A stretch of 38,010 bases of DNA from an uncultured Methanosarcinales archaeon (lineage in GTDB: Archaea > Nanobdellota > Nanobdellia > Woesearchaeales > DSVV01): assembly GCA_964593285.1 (NCBI GenBank), contig CAZQHZ010000012.1, forward strand, positions 1 through 38,010. The letters are read 5' to 3'. A program made the translations under genes and the position numbers. Shown piece after piece: positions 1 through 8,538 of the stretch (the first letter of the stretch is position 1; the number at the start of each line of letters is the position of its first letter). The notes under the pieces were generated by a model. It saw only the letters and a list, made by a program, of their open reading frames with translations, did not search any database and had not been told where the DNA came from.

Positions 1-36
1 AAATATTAAATACTACAAAGCCTTTCTATAAAATTA

Positions 37-495
37 ATGAAAACAAAACATATATTTGTCCCTGCTTTAGATGTTGGAGAATTAGTTCCGTTTTTGGTTA
101 AAGAAAAGAATAATTTAATTGATTCTATAAAAGAACAAAAAAGAGCAAAAACAGAATTAGAAAAATTTATAGAAATTCTTCAAAAAAATTTTAAAGAAAA
201 AATATATTATATAGGTATGGATATTGATGAGAAAACTTATGAAAGATTTATTTTTGAAAAATCTGGCTTTTTAGAAGTAATGATTGAATCACCTTTAGCT
301 TTAGTTGCACATTTTATCAAAGAAAAAAGAGCAAAAAATTTTCATGTAGCACTAAAAAAATCTTTATTTGAAATACTACCAAAAAATAAAATAAGTGAAT
401 TATTTATTAATTCTATTGAAGTTCAAACAGAAAAAGAACAAATGCTTACATATTATAAATGGAATAAAATGAAAAAAATAAATAATCCATTTTAA
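37..495 (+). CDS. Hypothetical soluble protein, paralogue of the N-terminal domain of 613..1308
   Basis: 152-aa ORF that aligns by eye with the next ORF (RAKTELEKFI/RAKEELAQFI, ERFIF/EKFIF, KRAKNFHVALKKSL/KRADKFNKALKKTL). No family recognised. Confidence 0.75.
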   Translation: MKTKHIFVPALDVGELVPFLVKEKNNLIDSIKEQKRAKTELEKFIEILQKNFKEKIYYIGMDIDEKTYERFIFEKSGFLEVMIESPLALVAHFIKEKRAKNFHVALKKSLFEILPKNKISELFINSIEVQTEKEQMLTYYKWNKMKKINNPF

Positions 496-612
496 AGTTT
501 TAATTTAATAAAATTGTTCTAATAAAATATTTAAGTAAAAGGCAATTATATTGGTAATAAAAATCTTTAATTTTAATAACTTTTATATATATAAAGTGTA
601 TTAAATTGTTTT

Positions 613-1308
613 ATGAAGGGTTTTAATAAATATAAATCACAAGAATTTTATACTATTTCTATTACAGATGTTGAAAATATTATTAGTTTTTCAATAAAAG
701 ATACTAATCAATTAAAAGATAATTATCATGAAGAAACTAGAGCTAAAGAAGAATTAGCACAATTTATTTCTACACTACATTCATATTATCATGAAGAAAT
801 AATTTATTTAGGTGAAGAAAAAACATATGATAAACATGTTGAAAAATTTATATTTAATCATGGCGGAGCTATGGAGATAATTTTAGAAAATCCTGTCGTT
901 ATAAAAGCTAATTTTGTTAATAAAAAACGAGCTGACAAATTTAACAAAGCATTAAAAAAAACCCTAAAATTAATTATTAAAGAACATCCAATAAAAGATA
1001 TATTTATTAATGAAATTGATGTTGAAAAAACAATTAAAGATCCAATTAATATTGAAAAATGGATGAAAATTAAACATATTATTTTAAAAAAATCTATTAT
1101 TTATTCATTTATTGCATTGTTTATTTTTATAATATTTGAAATGATTAAAGCAATTTTAAGTTTTATTTCATTAAATTTATTTGAAATTGAACCAACAACA
1201 AAATATTTAATTATTTCAAGTATTATTAGTGCAACTATTGTTGCATTATTGTTTGAACCAATCAGAAAATTTATTGAACAATTAATCAATAAATATTTTA
1301 TGAAATAA
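613..1308 (+). CDS. Hypothetical membrane-anchored protein (same domain as 37..495 plus two C-terminal TM helices)
   Basis: 231-aa ORF with hydrophobic segments SIIYSFIALFIFIIFEMIKAILSFISL and YLIISSIISATIVALLF. TATA-like TTTATATA about 25-30 nt upstream. Confidence 0.78.
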   Translation: MKGFNKYKSQEFYTISITDVENIISFSIKDTNQLKDNYHEETRAKEELAQFISTLHSYYHEEIIYLGEEKTYDKHVEKFIFNHGGAMEIILENPVVIKANFVNKKRADKFNKALKKTLKLIIKEHPIKDIFINEIDVEKTIKDPINIEKWMKIKHIILKKSIIYSFIALFIFIIFEMIKAILSFISLNLFEIEPTTKYLIISSIISATIVALLFEPIRKFIEQLINKYFMK

Positions 1309-1319
1309 AATTTTGGAGG

Positions 1320-2090
1320 TTGATTAAAATAGCTATAAAAAAATTAGAAAGAGTAAAAACAAAAATTAAAGGTTTTGATGAATTAGTTGAGGGCGGTATT
1401 CCAAAAGGACATAGTGTGTTAGTTACTGGTGGGCCTGGAACTGGTAAGAGTATTTTTTGCATGGAATTTTTAGTAAATGGTGCAAAACAAGGTGAAAACG
1501 GTTTATATGTTTCATTTGAACAAAATGACGAAGATATTAAAATGCAAGCATTACAATTTGGATGGGATTTAAATGAACTTGAAAAAAAGAAAAAACTAAA
1601 TGTTATGTCTATTAAAGTAAAAGATATTAATAAAAAAACTATTGATAAAATTAAATCTTTTGCTAAAAAAAATAATATTAAAAGATTAGTTATTGATAGT
1701 TTATCAACATTAATTGTTAATGCACCAATTTATGAGGATTTATCTAAACTTGGAGTTACTGATTATTTGTCTAATAGAACTTTTTACTCACCTCCAATTA
1801 TTGGTGATAAGGTTGTAAATAGATTTTTGTATAATTTTATTGATGAAATAAAATCAATTAAAGATTGCACAACATTAATTGTGGCTGAAGCTAGTGAAAA
1901 TGGTATGAGTAACGAAATTATTTTGGGTGAGTATAGCTGCGATGGAGTTATTAAGATTACTTTTGAGAGCTTAGGTGGTGAGTATTCACGGTCTTTGATT
2001 GTTAGAAAGATGAGAATGACTAAGAATAATGATGATGTCCATCCAATGGAGATTAGCAATAAAGGAGTTATTTTACATAGTTTAGGGTGA
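1320..2090 (+). CDS. Single-domain KaiC-like / RecA-superfamily ATPase
   Basis: GFDELVEGGIP N-terminal motif, Walker A GGPGTGKS, YVSFEQ, Walker B RLVIDS, C-terminal RKMR. Start codon uncertain (TTG 1320 or ATA 1329). Confidence 0.9.
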   Translation: MIKIAIKKLERVKTKIKGFDELVEGGIPKGHSVLVTGGPGTGKSIFCMEFLVNGAKQGENGLYVSFEQNDEDIKMQALQFGWDLNELEKKKKLNVMSIKVKDINKKTIDKIKSFAKKNNIKRLVIDSLSTLIVNAPIYEDLSKLGVTDYLSNRTFYSPPIIGDKVVNRFLYNFIDEIKSIKDCTTLIVAEASENGMSNEIILGEYSCDGVIKITFESLGGEYSRSLIVRKMRMTKNNDDVHPMEISNKGVILHSLG

Positions 2091-2094
2091 TAAC

Positions 2095-2928
2095 ATGAAT
2101 AATTTTATTTTTCCTTTTTTTAAAACTACAAAATTAAGAAAGCATAATATTAATTACTTAGATACATATGCTAAAAGGAAAAAAAATAATAAAAATATTT
2201 TATTATTTATTCCTGGAGCTGGTGGATGTGTTTACAATTGGAAACATCAAATAGAATTTTTTTATAAAAAAGGATATAGAGTTATTTCATACGATCCAAT
2301 TTCACAAGGTCAATCAGATTTTGTTAAGGACTATAATTTTGATGAACATTTTAAAGATTTTCTTGCTTTATTAGACTTTTTAAAAATCAAAGAAAATTTA
2401 ATTTTGATTACGCATAGTTCATCAACACAAATTGCACTAAGATATATTAAAAATAAAGACGAATATAACGGAAGATTAAAAAAATTAGTATTAATTAGTG
2501 TTTCTTTAAAAGAAAATGATCCTTTTTGGTGGAAATTATTTATTTCAATGCCACGGTTTATTTTAAATAAAATATATAAGAAATTATCAAAGAAAACTAA
2601 TTTAATTCATTATTTATATTTTTCAAAAAAAACACCACGAAAAATTGTTGTTGAATTTTTAAATGAAAATAATATTCCAAATATTGAAACATTACTAATT
2701 TTTAAAACTTATTGGTATTTTGATGCAGAGCCATGGATTAAAAAATGTGATATTAAAACACTAATATTATCTGGAAAAGAAGATATATTAGTTAAAACAG
2801 AAAATGATATAGAAGTATCTAATACTTTTATAAACTCAAAATTAGAATTTATTGAGGATGCAGGGCATATGTGTTATTATGAAAAACCAGATGAGGTTAA
2901 TAAAAAAATTAATAATTTTATAAAATAA
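2095..2928 (+). CDS. Alpha/beta-fold hydrolase
   Basis: FIPGAGG oxyanion region, YDPISQGQS, nucleophile region THSSS, GKED acid residue, DAGHM histidine followed by EKPDEVN. Confidence 0.85.
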   Translation: MNNFIFPFFKTTKLRKHNINYLDTYAKRKKNNKNILLFIPGAGGCVYNWKHQIEFFYKKGYRVISYDPISQGQSDFVKDYNFDEHFKDFLALLDFLKIKENLILITHSSSTQIALRYIKNKDEYNGRLKKLVLISVSLKENDPFWWKLFISMPRFILNKIYKKLSKKTNLIHYLYFSKKTPRKIVVEFLNENNIPNIETLLIFKTYWYFDAEPWIKKCDIKTLILSGKEDILVKTENDIEVSNTFINSKLEFIEDAGHMCYYEKPDEVNKKINNFIK

Positions 2929-2930
2929 AA

Positions 2931-4076
2931 ATGGCAATTATTGATAATACAAAAAAAAAAGAAAATAAAATTTCAAAATTTTTTCTACATCTAGTTGCAT
3001 ATGGTGGATTTAATGTTCAAAAAGGAATTATTAATGTATGGGGGGATCCTTGCTCTTTTTTTCCAATTAATGCGTTTGTAAAATTTCAAAAACAAATCTA
3101 TGATAAAATAGGTTATAAAAAAACAGCTGAATTATTTTATTGGCTTGGAAGATTAACAGGAAGAAATGCTACAATCATGTTAATAAAAAGATTTGGTGTT
3201 AAAAAAGAAGACATCCCTAATTTTGTGAATGGTGCAACCCAAGATGGTTTTGGTTATATGAAAATACAAGAGTATGATTTAGATATAGGATATGGAATTG
3301 TAACTGGAGAAAATTCAACTTTTGCAATTGAATATAAAAAAGAATTTTCAAAACAAAAAGAAGTTCAAGACCACTATATAAGAGGTATTTTATCAGGTGG
3401 TGCAGAACCATTATTTAATTTACATATTAAAGTTATTGAAGAAGAATGTATGGCACAAAGTTTTAAAAAATGCAAATATGTTTTCTCAAAATTAGAAAAA
3501 AAACCAATTTTTTCTTTTTTTAAAAAAATAACTTTAAATGAAGATAAAATTATTGAAAAAACTAAAAATCTTTCTTTAAAAAGACAATCTAGTTTTAAAA
3601 TAATTAAAGAGAAATCTATTAAATTTGGTGATGGTAGTTTTGTTTTAGATAATTGTATTGGAATTAATATGATGAATTATGCAAAAGTTATTTTAGATGA
3701 AATTTTAAAACAATTATTTCCTAATGAATATGAAAAAATATTAAAAGAATTTGCATATAATTGTATATATTCAATAAAAGATCGATTGATTAATAAAAAC
3801 ATTAGACAAATATTAAAAGAATTGGAATTGTTTGGATTTGGTGTATTTGAAGTTAGAGCAATGGTTGGAAAAAAATTAATTTTATTTAATAATAATAATC
3901 CAAACCCAAAAAATTATTTAAGCTTATTTAAAAAAGAACCTTTTTGTATTGATTTATTTTCTTGTTTTTTGTTAGAATCAGCATTTAAAATAGTTAATAA
4001 AGAATGTGAAGTAATTGAAAAAAATTGTATTGCAAAAGGAGATAAAGAATGCATATTTGAAATTACATTTAAATAA
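2931..4076 (+). CDS. Tandem V4R (4-vinyl reductase-like) ligand-binding domain protein
   Basis: Two repeats ending EEECMAQSFKKCKY and EKNCIAKGDKECIF, each preceded by a GFG motif; DHYIRGILSG in the first repeat. Confidence 0.8.
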   Translation: MAIIDNTKKKENKISKFFLHLVAYGGFNVQKGIINVWGDPCSFFPINAFVKFQKQIYDKIGYKKTAELFYWLGRLTGRNATIMLIKRFGVKKEDIPNFVNGATQDGFGYMKIQEYDLDIGYGIVTGENSTFAIEYKKEFSKQKEVQDHYIRGILSGGAEPLFNLHIKVIEEECMAQSFKKCKYVFSKLEKKPIFSFFKKITLNEDKIIEKTKNLSLKRQSSFKIIKEKSIKFGDGSFVLDNCIGINMMNYAKVILDEILKQLFPNEYEKILKEFAYNCIYSIKDRLINKNIRQILKELELFGFGVFEVRAMVGKKLILFNNNNPNPKNYLSLFKKEPFCIDLFSCFLLESAFKIVNKECEVIEKNCIAKGDKECIFEITFK

Positions 4077-5019
4077 GATTTGATAGTCTAAAAACACGAT
4101 ATAAATCCAATATAGGTAATTTATTTTTATGCAAATAAAATGTTGGGTGTTCTTCACCAATAAATCTTGATTTTGTAAAATCTAAGCCCTTAAAATTATA
4201 AAACATATTCCCTTTATTGTAAACAAAATTAAAAATTTTTTTTAAATTTTTACTTTCATTTGGGAAAAAGATGTTTTGTTTTAAAGGTGATAAACCTAAA
4301 TTTATATATTTATTTTCATTTTTAAAAGTATTAAATCCTTCATTAATCAATGCATAATAAATACCTTGCTTAAAATCTTTTGAAGAACGACAAATATTTG
4401 GGACATAACCAATAATTTTTTGATTTGAATATAATGGATCAAAAAAAATTAATCCAATTGGTTTGTCTTCCTTATATGCAAAAAATTTTCGTGTATCTTT
4501 TTCTATCATATTCATTGGTCTTACTAAAAAGGAAATTTCTTTTGATTTTGTTTTTCGTGTATTTAACCATTCATTAGATAAAAATTCATAATTTTTTTCA
4601 GAAGGATTTTCTTTAATAATAATGTTATCTTTTTTTATTTTATTAATAGCAGTTCTAATATTTTGTTTTTTTTTGCCTTTTAAATTCCAATAAGAAGGAA
4701 TAATTGTTTCAATACCCATTTGAGTTCCAAAAAAATTAAATTCTGTTGTTAATAAATCTCTTAAATAATTATTTGTTTGCAAAAAACCTACTTTTTTATT
4801 TGAATTAATAAATTCTCCAGTTATATTTTCCATATTATCATATGAACAAACAGGATTACCAAGAACAAATAATTTATTACCTGTTTTTTTATATGCAATG
4901 TACCCTTTGTCTTTTACATCAAAATATTGCATTCCTGGCTGTAATGTAGAATAAGCCATACAATGACTTCCATACTCTTTTAAGTATTCCATCCGTTCTT
5001 CTAAACTGAATTTTGTCAT
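4069..5019 (-). CDS. Stand-alone DUF2156 (MprF C-terminal / VlmA-like) aminoacyl-tRNA-dependent transferase
   Basis: YSTLQPGMQYF, LGNPVC, LKGKKKQNIRTAIN, FFDP, NLGLSP and FYNFKGLDFTKSRF match the LPG-synthase C-terminal GNAT fold. No TM domain. Confidence 0.82.
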   Translation of the reverse strand: MTKFSLEERMEYLKEYGSHCMAYSTLQPGMQYFDVKDKGYIAYKKTGNKLFVLGNPVCSYDNMENITGEFINSNKKVGFLQTNNYLRDLLTTEFNFFGTQMGIETIIPSYWNLKGKKKQNIRTAINKIKKDNIIIKENPSEKNYEFLSNEWLNTRKTKSKEISFLVRPMNMIEKDTRKFFAYKEDKPIGLIFFDPLYSNQKIIGYVPNICRSSKDFKQGIYYALINEGFNTFKNENKYINLGLSPLKQNIFFPNESKNLKKIFNFVYNKGNMFYNFKGLDFTKSRFIGEEHPTFYLHKNKLPILDLYRVFRLSNLI

Positions 5020-6119
5020 TTTTTCATGTAAGGTTTTATTATTTCATTCTTTACAAATTCTTCTAGCATATATGAAAATAATTCTCTATTCATTCCAATT
5101 TTTTTATGTGTTTTTAATGCAGAATCTGTATTTTTTGTATCCCATGTTGGATCATGATTTAAACAATATGGATCAAATGGTTTAACAAACCTAATAGCTC
5201 GTCTTTCAATTGGTGTTTGATTTTCAATTTTTTCTTTTGTATAATCTATTCCTGAAAATTTTAATGAATTTTCAACACCATACTTTACATCATCACCAAC
5301 AATATTATTACTAGTTAAATGATATGTTTTTTTAATACAATCTGAATCTATAATATCAGTAATCATTCCAACAACATCATCAATACATATAAAATTTTTC
5401 TTAGTTTTAGGATGGCCTTTTAATCTTAAAGGAACTTCTTCAATTTTTCCAGAATTGTAATGCTCTAAAAAGTTTTTTTCATTTCCAAAGTGTTTTAATA
5501 ATGAACTATAAATTCCTAAAACATAGCCATAAATCATCCGCATTTCCCCTTGGGGATCTCCTGTTTTAGAATCACCAATAACAATAGATGGTCTAAAAAT
5601 GGTATATGGTATATCTAATGCTCTAACTTTTTTTTCACAATGATATTTTGATTCTTCATAGCTATTTTTAAATCCTTTATTTTCACATAAACCATCTTCT
5701 AAAATAACACCATTATTATTTCCAGAAACATATGCAGTTGATACAAAAAATAAATTTTCTAAATTATTATTGTTTTTTGCAAATGATAAAATATTATCTG
5801 AGCCAGAAATATTAGTTTTAATAATTTCATCTTTTTTTCTTTCATCAAAACTAGTTGCCGCTGCAAAATGCCAATATTTATCACATTTTGATACAATTTT
5901 TGAATCTTTATAATTTAAACCAAATGAAGGAAAAGTTAAATCTCCACATACAAAATTAATTCTTTCAGGTGATGCCCATTTTAATCTATCTTTAATTGAT
6001 TTTTTGGATGCTTCAGATCTTACAAGTAAATGAAATTCATCATCTGTATTTTTTAATAAATACTCAAGCATATTTCTACCCAAAAACCCATTTGCTCCAG
6101 TTATAAATGTTTTTGCCAT
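5016..6119 (-). CDS. Extended SDR oxidoreductase (fatty acyl-CoA / thioester reductase-like)
   Basis: TGANGFLG Rossmann motif, GDLT, HFAAATSF, VSTAYVSG, catalytic YEESK, FRPSIVIG. Four-nt overlap with the DUF2156 gene indicates translational coupling. Confidence 0.88.
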   Translation of the reverse strand: MAKTFITGANGFLGRNMLEYLLKNTDDEFHLLVRSEASKKSIKDRLKWASPERINFVCGDLTFPSFGLNYKDSKIVSKCDKYWHFAAATSFDERKKDEIIKTNISGSDNILSFAKNNNNLENLFFVSTAYVSGNNNGVILEDGLCENKGFKNSYEESKYHCEKKVRALDIPYTIFRPSIVIGDSKTGDPQGEMRMIYGYVLGIYSSLLKHFGNEKNFLEHYNSGKIEEVPLRLKGHPKTKKNFICIDDVVGMITDIIDSDCIKKTYHLTSNNIVGDDVKYGVENSLKFSGIDYTKEKIENQTPIERRAIRFVKPFDPYCLNHDPTWDTKNTDSALKTHKKIGMNRELFSYMLEEFVKNEIIKPYMKK

Positions 6120-6279
6120 AATTTATTTAAAAGAACATAAGTTATATATAAATATTTCGTTACTTGATAGTGAAAAATTATAGATCAAATAATTAAGTGT
6201 TTTTTTCATAAAGCTATTTTTCTAAGAAATTTTATAAATATTTTAGTTATAACCTAAACTAATAATCTTTAAATTATTT

Positions 6280-6337
6280 TGTTATAATGTAATATAACAC
6301 TTTTCTAAAAAGTAATATAGTACAATATAACACTTTT
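6280..6337. promoter_or_regulatory. Putative operator: TGTTATA-N6-TATAACA inverted repeat plus 14-bp direct repeat
   Basis: Perfect 7-bp inverted repeat at 6280-6299. AATATAACACTTTT occurs at 6291-6304 and 6324-6337. Lies between divergent genes. Confidence 0.4.
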
Positions 6338-6454
6338 TTAAAATTTGTTAAGTTGATTTGACAAAAATACTTTTATTTTTTTGAAAAATAACCACTTATT
6401 TTTTCCAAAACAAAAACTTTATTAATATCAAAATATACATATTACTACTATAAG

Positions 6455-6778
6455 ATGATTAGAACGCCAACTATTGAACAAATTGTTTTTGCATATAAGG
6501 AAGGTCTTGATTTTGAAGTTTCAAATAAAAAAACAAACATAAAAGGATATTTTTTCCCAGACCTTTATCTAGTCGAGTTATATATAAAAAATATTGAATC
6601 AAAAAAAGATTATTTAATAACAATAGGACATGAATTTATGCATTTTATTAAACCAAAATATTCTGAAGAGAAAGTTGAAGAAATTGCACAACAAATTGTA
6701 GAAAAAACACCTGAAATTATTTATTTTATGAAAGATATTTTTAAAATTCCAAATTATAAAAAATCCATTTATAATTAA
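6455..6778 (+). CDS. Small HExxH zincin-like putative metallopeptidase
   Basis: TIGHEFMHF followed by EEKVEE, a possible third ligand; TATA-like TTTATTAA upstream. Confidence 0.6.
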   Translation: MIRTPTIEQIVFAYKEGLDFEVSNKKTNIKGYFFPDLYLVELYIKNIESKKDYLITIGHEFMHFIKPKYSEEKVEEIAQQIVEKTPEIIYFMKDIFKIPNYKKSIYN

Positions 6779-6809
6779 TTCTAATTTAAAAAAATAAACA
6801 AGTGAAAAA

Positions 6810-7532
6810 TTAAATTTTAACACAAATAAAAAGACCACGGTTTTTTGAAAAACCATTTTTTAAATATTTAGCTTTAAGATTATATTTTTCCATTATCTTT
6901 AAAGTTTTATCAATTTCAAATAATCCAAGTTCATGTCTATCAATAAAATGCAAAACTGTTTTATTTTTTTCTGCAATTAAATAATGCATATCTAAAATTG
7001 AAACATTTTTTTTTATATTTGAAACAGATAATCTTGCAATTTTTATTTTATCATCTTCATATACAGTCATATGCGGCAGACCTTTTTTATAAATAGCCAT
7101 AGTAAACCATGGCTCAATTATTAAAACACCGCCTTTATTTAAATTAAGAGAAAAGTTTTTAATTGTTTTTTCTAAATTTTTATAAGTTTTAACATATCCA
7201 ATTGAACTAAATAAACAAGTTATAATATCAAATTTTTTATTTAAATTAAAATTAATCATATCAGCTTTTTTAAAACTAACATCTTTTACATTTTTCTTTG
7301 CAATATTTAAAATGCCTAAATTTAAATCAATTCCAATACAAGAAAAATTATTTTTTAAATAACTTAAATGTTTTCCAGTGCCGCATCCAACTTCAAGTAA
7401 ATTATTACCATTACTTTTTTTATATTTTAAAATTAATTTAACAAGTTTTTCTGATTCTTTCATATAATCTTTCCAAGAATAAATTAAATCATAATATTTT
7501 GCTAAATCTGTGTATAAAGACTTTTGTTTCAT
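6810..7532 (-). CDS. Class I SAM-dependent methyltransferase (resembles TylM1/DesVI-type N-methyltransferases)
   Basis: LLEVGCGTGKHL motif I, ADM, FDIITCLFSSIGY, GGVLIIEPW. Confidence 0.88.
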   Translation of the reverse strand: MKQKSLYTDLAKYYDLIYSWKDYMKESEKLVKLILKYKKSNGNNLLEVGCGTGKHLSYLKNNFSCIGIDLNLGILNIAKKNVKDVSFKKADMINFNLNKKFDIITCLFSSIGYVKTYKNLEKTIKNFSLNLNKGGVLIIEPWFTMAIYKKGLPHMTVYEDDKIKIARLSVSNIKKNVSILDMHYLIAEKNKTVLHFIDRHELGLFEIDKTLKIMEKYNLKAKYLKNGFSKNRGLFICVKI

Positions 7533-7577
7533 TTTAAGATATATTAATAATTATATATTTAAATTTTTATGAAAAAA

Positions 7578-7910
7578 TTAACTAATTATTTTAATTATTT
7601 TTGAAATAACATCAAAATATTTAGCTTTTGATATTTTACAAAATTTTTTTAATATTTGTTTTTTAGATGCTGTAAAAATCATATTGCATCTAATAAAACT
7701 ATCAATAATTAAGGAACCACCAATTGTTTCATCTTTTTTTAACTCTATACAATTTTGATCTTTTTTAATATTTTTTGAAGTAATTTGACACAAAATTATA
7801 TCATTGTTAAATTCATTAGAAATAACTAAACAAGGTCTAACTTTTCTATTAGTTAAATCTGTATAAGGAAAAGGAAATAAAACTACATCTCCTTTTGTAA
7901 ATGTTTCCAT
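7578..7910 (-). CDS. PemK/MazF-family toxin (mRNA interferase)
   Basis: KGDVVLFPFPYTD, KVRPCLVIS, LCQITS. Likely start is ATG at 7910 (METFTK), overlapping the antitoxin end; the ORF track starts at 7937. Confidence 0.88.
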   Translation of the reverse strand: METFTKGDVVLFPFPYTDLTNRKVRPCLVISNEFNNDIILCQITSKNIKKDQNCIELKKDETIGGSLIIDSFIRCNMIFTASKKQILKKFCKISKAKYFDVISKIIKIIS

Positions 7911-8131
7911 GCTTCTTCCTCTTCTTTTAATAACCAATTTTTTGCAAGATTTTCTTCTGATGCTTTATATGTTAAAAAACCATTTAATGACTTTTCTTCA
8001 TTTTCAAAAAGTTTTTCTCTTAATAATTCTCTAATAAAATCTTGTAAATTGTTATATCCTTTTATTTTTGCATAGCTTTTTGCTGTATTAAAAATTTCAT
8101 CAGATAATTTTAGATTGATTTGAGTACTCAT
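7883..8131 (-). CDS. Putative antitoxin, ribbon-helix-helix N-terminus
   Basis: QINLKLS beta-ribbon, LQDFIRELLREKL helix, acidic EEEEAW tail; directly upstream of and overlapping the MazF-like gene. Confidence 0.75.
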   Translation of the reverse strand: MSTQINLKLSDEIFNTAKSYAKIKGYNNLQDFIRELLREKLFENEEKSLNGFLTYKASEENLAKNWLLKEEEEAWKHLQKEM

Positions 8132-8256
8132 AGATATTATAAAATATCAATAAATATATAAATTTTTACAAAAAAACACAATAACCTTTTTAAATAAATA
8201 ATAAATCCAATGATTAAAAAACCGCAAAATTTGAGTTTTTTAGGAGGAAATTAAAA

Positions 8257-8538
8257 ATGCCAGAACCAAGATTTAGGTCAAGAAAACTTAGGAGAATAAA
8301 GGTAACTACTCCAGGCGGTGAAAACAAAACTGTTTATGAAAAAAGAAAACCTTCAAAAGCAGTTTGTGGAAACTGTAAAAAACCTTTACATGGAGTGCCA
8401 AGGGAAAACCCTGCAAAAATGAGAAATATGCCAAAAACCAAAAAAAGGCCAGAAAGACAATATGGTGGAGTTTTATGCAATATTTGCTCACAAAAAAAAG
8501 CTGTTTTAAAAGCAAGAGAGGATGAAGAAAATGTATAA
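8257..8538 (+). CDS. rpl34e: 50S ribosomal protein L34e
   Basis: VTTPGG, CGNC and CNIC zinc ligands, RPERQYGGVLC; AGGAGG Shine-Dalgarno upstream. Confidence 0.95.
   Translation: MPEPRFRSRKLRRIKVTTPGGENKTVYEKRKPSKAVCGNCKKPLHGVPRENPAKMRNMPKTKKRPERQYGGVLCNICSQKKAVLKAREDEENV

Noticed and set aside
1320..2090. Circadian clock KaiC or RadA/RadB
   Set aside because: Single ATPase domain with no kaiA/kaiB nearby and no RadA N-terminal domain; fits the generic archaeal KaiC-like group.
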